Shown here one piece after another: positions 56,886 to 64,000 of a stretch of DNA of 64,000 nucleotides. Location: contig NIVC01000476.1 in the NCBI GenBank assembly GCA_002269645.1, positions 62,001-126,000 on the forward strand. Direction: 5' to 3'. The notes under the pieces are model-generated. The model saw only the letters and a list, made by a program, of their open reading frames with translations. It searched no databases and had not been told where the DNA came from. Numbering within the stretch: the first letter of the stretch is position 1; each line of letters starts with the position of its first letter. The stretch comes from Macrostomum lignano (lineage: Eukaryota). The translations under genes were made by a program, and so were the position numbers.

Positions 56886-57946
56886 ATGGACCTTCTTCAA
56901 CTGTGGAATATCAACGAAGAGCCCGTTCAACGAGCACAGATGGTATACATCCAGAGAGAATTCTTTGGGGACGACAGGGACTTTGTTCAACGCTTCAGAT
57001 TGAACAGAAATACGTTTGAAGAATTGGAACGCCTGATCGGACCTGTGCTCCAGCGACAAACTCTTCGTAGCTGCGCATTGATACCTACTCAGCAAATGCT
57101 GACGGCGCTACGTTTCTACGCTACAAACTCGTATTACCATTTGATCAGGGACGCACATGGACCGTCTGAGGCAACAGTGTGTAAAGCGTGTCACTCAGGC
57201 ATGAATGATACACTATTTCAAGATGTCGTGTGCTGGCCCCAGAAAGGTGTGAAGAATCTGGCAGTGGAATTTTTCCAGCTTGGTGGAATGCCTAGCATAT
57301 GTGGCGCAGTAGATGGAACATTGATTAATATTCGCACCCCACATGAGAACGAGGCTCAGTTCGTGGACAGAAAGGGAGGACATTCACTGAATATCATGGT
57401 TGTCTGCGGACCGAAGCACCAACTTTTCTATATGAACTCCTCGTGGCCAGAGAGCGTGAACGATGTACGTGTGCTACGAAACTCCAATCTGTTTACTAGT
57501 TTCGAGCGACACGGCTTCCGCTTTTTTTCCTGGATGTGTCCTGCTTGGTGACTCAATATATCCCTGCCTTCAGTGGTTGATTCCCCCCATTCTACGGAAC
57601 AACCTGACTCAGGCAGAGAATCGGTTTAACTCAGCTCATTGCTGCTCACGCAGCATCGTTGAAAGGGCCATTGGCTTGTTAAAAATTCGATTTCCATGTC
57701 TGCGCATGTTAAGAGTCAAGGGATCCGCGTACGCCATGTGAAATCGTGAAAGCTTGTTCAGTGCTGCACAATTTGTGCATCGTACACGAGGGTGCCATTG
57801 ATGACGGTGCAGTTCTGCAGTATTTCGCTGAAATTGAGAACGTTGCGATTGGTGTCGATGGCATTCAGCAAGACTTTACGCGACGCGATCAACTCGTTGT
57901 CTTTTTCAATGAAGTTATACGCAGGATTACTGTGTCTTCTTCTTGA
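56886..57946 (+). pseudogene. Harbinger (HARBI1-like DDE) transposase with two frameshifts
   Basis: QRFRLNRNTFEEL, LTALRFYAT, CGAVDGTLI, SLNIMVVC, SWPESVNDVRV, LLGDSIYP, RSIVERAIGLLKIRFPCL and ACSVLHN motifs. Frameshifts near 57530 and 57735. Confidence 0.9.
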
Positions 57947-58197
57947 AGCTAGTTTTTCGACTTCTATTCGAATTCTTCTTGTTCTATTTATTCATCAATA
58001 TCGTTTCGCTGTGTTTCGAAAGTGTTAAGACTATAACGACAAGATAAGTAGCTCGTATATTAAACATATTAACACACTTTAAACTGCGATCGTCACATTA
58101 AACACTGCAGCGGTAATAAAAAATAAAACACAACAGCAAAACACCAGTTATATCGATCGCTCAGTCAGCGTCCCATCTGATTCCCTTTGAAGACAGT

Positions 58198-58859
58198 TCA
58201 TATTAATTGGATCAAAGCCATCTCCACTATCAGCTTCTTGTTTCTGAGTTCTAGATGTTCCAGTAGTAACTCGTCCTGCGATCCATACTCCCACCACTGC
58301 TAATCTGGCGTTTTGGTGTAGATGGAAGCGATGCACATTGCCATCCAGATAGAAAATTCTGAAGGTCTTGCTCATTCACGTCTCCAGTAAGCAGCTGCAG
58401 CATTGATGGCGTAGAACGTGACTGTACAGCAGACGGAGCACTGAGCGACATGCTCAACGCGCTAGCTGATGTGGCAGCATAGGACGGAGTATCTTTGAGC
58501 ACGGTGCTCTCAGTGACTCGCAGTCCTTGCGTCACTGGTGATTCTCTGCCTATGATTTGTAGGACGATCTCGTCTACGTCAGAAAACTCCGCTGCCTTGC
58601 CTCCAGCAGCGCCAGTCTGTTTACTGTTGTCGACTTTCTTTAGAGTCGCACTCCGCAGGTTCTTCCACGTCACGTCACGGAGATGCTGCACGGTGGCCGC
58701 ATCCGTGTATCCGTTTGCGCGCAACACCTCAATTATTTCCGACTATGCTTCCTTCTTCCGTCGGTTTCCATCACTGATGTTGGTAAAGCTTCCAAACAGG
58801 ATTTCTTTGCGCTCTAAAAGTTCGCTCAAAGACAAACGCTTCTGATCCCTGGACAGCAT
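58198..58859 (-). pseudogene. Harbinger Myb/SANT-like DNA-binding protein 1
   Basis: KEILFGSF..KKEA*(W)..LRDVTWKNLR..QTGAAGG; C-terminal coiled-coil ELLLEHLELRNKKL after a frameshift near 58290; TAG at 58745-58743. Confidence 0.82.
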
Positions 58860-59464
58860 GGCCCAAGCTCTATTGAGTCACAGTGGCGAACCAAGAAAGC
58901 TAGTGAGCTCTTTCCACTCAGAAATGGAGAAATACGAAGCGACTTTTAAGAGAAGATGTCTCGTCCCTTTCTACTTGTCGCGACTTTCGTTTTGTTTGCC
59001 TTATGGGCCGGGCCAACTTCCAAATTTGTTAGCAAGCGAGCTTCAGTCCATTCACCAAATTTTACGCACTGGTTGGCTACTTATCAACCAAGCAACATCT
59101 TTTATCAAGATGTAAAATCTTCGTAAATCGAAATTGTCAGCACTGGTAACTGATAGGCTACCGGTGATAGGCCCTGGGACCGATTTCATGAGCAACTGGT
59201 AACTGGTAAATAACCGCAGCTACTTGAAGTTTGGTTTCATGGCGAACTTTAGCAGCTGCTAACTATTAGCAGTCTGGTGAGCTGTGGTTTCACGAATTGA
59301 CTGGTAAAACTTGTATTGATTTAGAACGTCTATGTCTATGGCTCAAAGTAAGATATGGTGTTCTCGGGGGTTGGTAACGGTTGGTTTCAGGAGTATACCA
59401 GCGCTGCTAAAATAACCACATTTTCCACGGTTAAAACTTAGCATCCTACTTAGGTGTCTAAGAA

Positions 59465-60491
59465 ATGGAGCTGCCTATATACGACGCCCTTAATTTGCTC
59501 GAAGAGGAACCTGGGCCGCGTCCAAGGGAATTTCGAGAGCGCATGAACTTCGTCGAGGACTGGGATTTTAGACAGCGCTTTAGAATGTTGCCACCTACGT
59601 TCGAGCATCTGCTCGAACGAATTCGCCCAACCTTGGAGTATGGTAGCGTTCGAAGAGGTCAATTGAGTGCCAAGGAGCAAGCGTTGACCGCATTGCGTTT
59701 CTACGCCTGTAACGGCTTCTACCACGTACTTCCAGACGCACACGGGCCTTCCGAGTCGCCTGTCACAAGAGTTGTGCGCCGCGTAACGACTGCCATTAAC
59801 TCTGAGCTTTTTCACCATACCGTTGCTTGGCCGGACATCAACAACGTTGTGCAGAAGTTCTTTAACATCGCAGGAATGCATTCTGTCTGTGGACTCATCG
59901 ATGGGACCCTTATTCCCATTAAGAAACCTGGACTTCACGAAAACCAGTTCGTGGACCGTAAAGGTCAACACTCGTTGAACGTGCTTCTTGTGAGCGGACC
60001 AGATCATTAATTTTATTACTGCAACGCATCATGGCCGGGAAGTGTAAGCGACGCAAGGGTGTCTGTTTACACGTTTCCAGATGGAGCAATGGCGTCCAAT
60101 CCCAGGAGCCGTCATACTCGGTGACAGTATTTTTCCTTGCTTGGATTGGTTAATACCACCTGTTCTAGGCGACAATCTGCCTCCAGCAACCGCCGCATTT
60201 AACAGGGCTCAAAAGAAGACGCGATCAGTCGTAGAGCGCAGTATCGGACTGCTAAAATTGCGCTTCCCCTGTCTCAATGGTCTGCGCGTTCAAGGTCCTG
60301 CTTACTCTGCTGAGATAGTCAAGGCGTGTGTTGTTCTGCACAATCTTTGCATTCAACTCGAAGGACAAGTTGACGACAATTTGGCAGCAGAGCTTTTGCA
60401 TCCGATGGTGGGCATCGATATACCCATGGAGGGCGAAGTAGTGAACGCAAACGACAACCGGGGGAGACAACTTATTGAATTATTCCAATGA
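59465..60491 (+). pseudogene. Harbinger transposase 2 with a premature stop and a frameshift
   Basis: RQRFRM, LTALRFYAC, CGLIDGTLI, SLNVLLVSGPDH*FYYCNASWPGSVSDARV, ILGDSIFP, TRSVVERSIGLLKLRFPCL and ACVVLHN motifs. TAA at 60008-60010. Confidence 0.9.
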
Positions 60492-60709
60492 CTAATTTCA
60501 ATCGATAACAGAAACTAACTATTGAAAAGCATGTTAAAGAACAAATGTTAATGTTAATGTTAAACGTTTATGTATGCAACTTTTGCGAACACAGCGTTAT
60601 TCAATTTTAATCCTGTCATTTGTTTGAAAGTTAAGGCTTTTAAATTAATTGATAAACACTGTTATAAACACTGAAACTAATAAACGCGTGAATAAATGAT
60701 GCAACAAAT

Positions 60710-61400
60710 TTAAACAACACAATGCGTTTTTTGGTGTTCATTCAATCTAAATAACAGCTTTAGCATAGTACGAGCTATATCATCTTGCTGCTCGAGTTCA
60801 AGTTTTCGGATTTCCAGGCGCAGCTTTTTGTTGCGTAGTCGTAGAAACTCGAGAACCAACTCTCCTTTTTCCGTCATCTTCTCCGGCTTCCTTCGACGTG
60901 GGGTCGATGGCGCTTCGCCTGCTACGTCGCTGAGCAGGGCCAACATCGAAGGCCTGGCCATGGATGGCTTTTCCGCCGAGCTGCTAGGCATAGTACGGTT
61001 TAAGTTGTCTATATGGACAGATGCATCGGAAGCGGCATCGGGTCTTCGGCACACTTTCTTCGACATCAAGCCCACATACCGAAGGACTTTCCTTTCCAAT
61101 GACTTCTAGAACCATACGATCCACATCTGTCTCCTTGGCGAGAGTCCCTCCTCCGGCGCCCGTCTGACGACTAGCGTCTCGCTTCTTCATTGTTGCCATC
61201 CGAATATTTTTCCACATTGTGTCGCGCAGATATGCAACTGTCTTGCACAACCCATTTGCCTCCATCGTGGTTCGGATTTCCTCCCAAGTGTGTCGCTTTT
61301 TCGATTTGGCTTCTGCGTTATCCGCAAAACTACCGAACAAAACGGCCTTTTTGTCTCTCATGCGAGACAGAAAGAGGAGCTTTTGTTCCGGCGTGGACAT
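60710..61400 (-). pseudogene. Harbinger Myb/SANT-like DNA-binding protein 2
   Basis: KAVLFGSF..KKRHTWEEI..LRDTMWKNIR..QTGAGGG; frameshift near 61050 leads into ELVLEFLRLRNKKLRLEIRKLELEQ. Confidence 0.85.
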
Positions 61401-61680
61401 GGTTGTGCACTTTTAAAATCTTTTCAGTTTTGACTTCTAAGCTAGCGAAACTAGAGCCTTATATACTACCCGCTCCTTCTCTTTCTCCTTCTCCAACTCA
61501 GCTTCTTCTTCAGCTGCAAAACGCATGTCTATGGCACGAATTCTATGCTAGGGAGAATAGCAGTACTGATATTTACTAGCAGATATTTACCAGTTCCTTC
61601 ATGAAACCAGATTTTAGCAGACTGCTGAATATCCGCGGTAATTTTAGCTGCTGCTAACTGGTAATTTACCAGTCGCTCAT

Positions 61681-61852
61681 TGTAGTGACTGACGCGAGAG
61701 ACAGAAGTTTAGATGAACCAAAAGCTTATGGCCCCGACTTGGGCGTGGGGTGCGATTATATATTTGAGCTCAAAGCTCTGTAATCGATTGCTTCGATTGA
61801 TTGACAGGAGTTAAAATCAACGTGCCGAGAAAGGGGGGGGCAGAGTACAACA
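61681..61852 (-). mobile_element. 3' LTR (172 bp) of a Ty3/Gypsy element, with adjacent polypurine tract
   Basis: On the minus strand the LTR starts TGTTGTA and ends TACA. PPT GAAGGGGAAAGA at 61864-61853. Confidence 0.85.
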
Positions 61853-61965
61853 TCTTTCCCCTTCGCGGAGATTAACGGATTAAAATCGGATTTAAAAAAA
61901 ATGAATGTCATGCGCAAAAAAGCAAAAAGAGGTTTATAGGTTCGTCAGTTTATGCACGAAAAAAA

Positions 61966-64000
61966 TCAGGTCCTATAATTAGGTTGCGGTAATTTGCAGC
62001 TTCTTGGATGCGGACGGTTCGCGATTGGCAGCTCCCCCGCACCGGCTGCGGCCGGCGGCTCCGCGGGTGCCGAAGCGGCCGTCGGGTCGCCTTCTGGACC
62101 GCCGGTCTCGTCTGGTCCGTCTCCTGTTGGCCGCTCTGGCAGTCGCTTAACGTTGCTGGCGTGGCGCATGCAGTTGCTGCCGCCCGTGCTCTCCAGGATG
62201 ACAGAATCGCCTTTGACCTCCGTGACTGTCCAAGGCTGAATTTCAAATGGCGTGTCCGTTTTCGATGGCTGAATTTTTCTGCGGATGACTTTATCGCCAG
62301 CTTGGATGCGATGCTCTGCGGCTGATCTTGTCGCGTCGGCGTAGTGCTTCATGGCGGCCTTGTACTGACGGTCTCTGTTCCTGACCGTCTTTGCTGCAGC
62401 CTGCGGCTTGACTCCTGCAATGCAGTCTTGGACTGGTCTCCCGAACATCAGGTCGGCTGGGGCGACTCCTGTGGCCGTGTGCGGAGTGCTGCGGTACGCG
62501 GCGAGCCACTCCTGCAATGCCGTCCTCCAGTCGGTTCCTTGGGCGTTGGAGATGCGGAGCAGCTTGTTCAGGGACCTGTTGATTCGCTCGGTAATGCCAT
62601 TGGCCTCGGGATGGTACGGTGTGATGCGCCGGTGGCTGATTCCGTGGCTTGTGACAAAACTTCTGAAGGCTTCTGATGTGAATGTCGGACCGTTGTCCGT
62701 CACGATTTGCTGGGGAATCCCGAAGGTCGCGAAGACCTGCTGTAACTGTCTGGTGGTGCGGTCAGCTGTGATCGACTTCATCGCCACGACGATGGGGTAG
62801 CGCGAGTAGTGGTCTATGATCACCAGGAAATGTCGACCGTTGGCAGGTCCAAGAAAGTCGATGCCGATGGTGGACCAGGCAGACTCTGGCAGCTCAGTCG
62901 GTTGCAGTGGGGCTGCCAAAACTTCCGCTTGATGGTTGGTGGCCGCACATTCCAGGCACTGTGCCACCAGTTGCTTGGCCTCAGCTGTCATTCCGGGCCA
63001 CCAGACCTTGGAGTTGAGTCGGCGCAGTGTTTTGGTCTCGCCTTGATGTCCTTGATGAGCCAGCTGCAGGACAACGGGCCGCTGGGCTTTTGGGATTACC
63101 AATCTTTGGTCTCGCAGCAGAACACCAGAAGCCTCGTCAACTCGTGCCTGGCGGCGTGCAGTCGTCGGATGCTGTCGTCCCGCAGATCCCAATTGCCTGT
63201 TCTCAATGATGACAGCACAGTCGATAGAATGGCATCACGGGCCGTGGCTTCCCGGACTTGCTGCAGGGACAGGCCTCTCGGCGTCGACGCTTGCGCGATG
63301 CTGCCGATGAAGTTTGTGTCCAGGATCTCGCCGATGTTGATCGATGTCGGAGCGGGCTCTGGCTGCCGGCTGAGGATGTCGCTCGGGTTGAACGGGCCTG
63401 GCCGATAGATGACACTGAACTGCATGTCCTGGATGCTGAGCGCCATGCGCTCGATGCGTGGAGGTGGGCGCGAGCCGGGCTTGAGCATGAAGGTCAGCGG
63501 CTTGTGGTCGGTGGCGACAGTAAAGTTGGCGGCGCCGCTGAGATAGTGTCGAAATTTCAGGCAGCCGAACTTGATTGCGAGAGCCTCCCGTTCCGTCTGT
63601 GAGTACCTCGACTCGACTGCCGATAGGGCTCTGCTTGCGAATGCAACCGGCTTGGATGAGCCGTCGGACTGAATCTGGCAAAGAATGGCGCCGAGTCCGA
63701 TGGGGCTGGCGTCGACAACGAGTTCGGTATGCCGGTGCTTGTCGAAGAAGATCAGTGTGCTGTCGACTGCGATGCGATCTTGGACTTCTTGAAAAGCCTT
63801 GGCCTGCTGCTCGCCCCACTGCCAGCTTGCACTCTTCTTGGTCAGGTCCCGCAACGGCTTCGTCATGTCCGCCAGGCCTGGCATGAAGCGACTGACAAAC
63901 GTAACCAGACCGAGGAAGGAGCGGACTTCCGAGGCGTTCGTTGGCTCTTTGAAGCTTTTGATCGCCGACACCTTGGCTTCAGCTGGCTGGATCCCTTTTG
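61966..64000 (-). mobile_element. Ty3/Gypsy pol (end of RT, RNase H, integrase), one frameshift near 63140; runs off the window
   Basis: EVRSFLGLV, LVVDASPIGLGAIL, YSQTEREALAI, TDHKPL and ADxLSR-like SDILSR motifs; HHCC (HQGH..CLEC); DDE (GIDFLGP, VTDNGP, NGITERINR). The domain order RT-RH-INT is that of Ty3/Gypsy. Confidence 0.95.

Larger units (their letters stand above)
56801..59174 (+). mobile_element. PIF/Harbinger DNA transposon 1 (left terminus truncated)
   Basis: Convergent transposase and Myb/SANT genes. Right end ..GGTGATAGGCCC; a partial inverted match TATCAGT(C)TACCA near 56802. Confidence 0.75.
59176..61680 (+). mobile_element. PIF/Harbinger DNA transposon 2 (right TIR cut by an LTR element)
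   Basis: Left TIR GGGACCGATTTCATGAGCAACTGGTAA; right end ..TTACCAGTCGCTCAT matches it inverted up to ATGAG. Repeated ACTGGTAA subterminal motifs. Confidence 0.8.

Overview
Metazoan genomic DNA with three compartments. (1) 1-41.8 kb has GC3-rich spliced genes whose introns are packed with many different micro- and minisatellites. It holds the 3' half of a Kelch-like gene (+), a complete ISCU (+), a complete 12-exon anosmin-1/KAL-1-like gene (-, about 820 aa: signal peptide, Cys-rich region, WAP, four FN3, GPI-like tail), a flotillin-1 lacking its first exon (-), and two weakly supported unknown genes. The style resembles the flatworm Macrostomum; this is an inference, not a database match. (2) 41.8-52.7 kb is abruptly AT-rich and partly CpG-depleted. 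It contains nested MITEs, a dead Merlin transposase, and a secreted Asp-rich protein gene interrupted twice, at the same DDK-coding target, by two diverged RTE-clade retrotransposons that share a 3' RNA hairpin. (3) After a 545-N gap comes a transposon pile-up: a chimeric Crypton tyrosine-recombinase element, two abutting Harbinger elements, and a Ty3/Gypsy element inserted into the second Harbinger's terminal repeat. Most long ORFs in the supplied track are satellite artefacts. All gene models were assembled by eye from splice signals, phase consistency and remembered family motifs. No searches were run.
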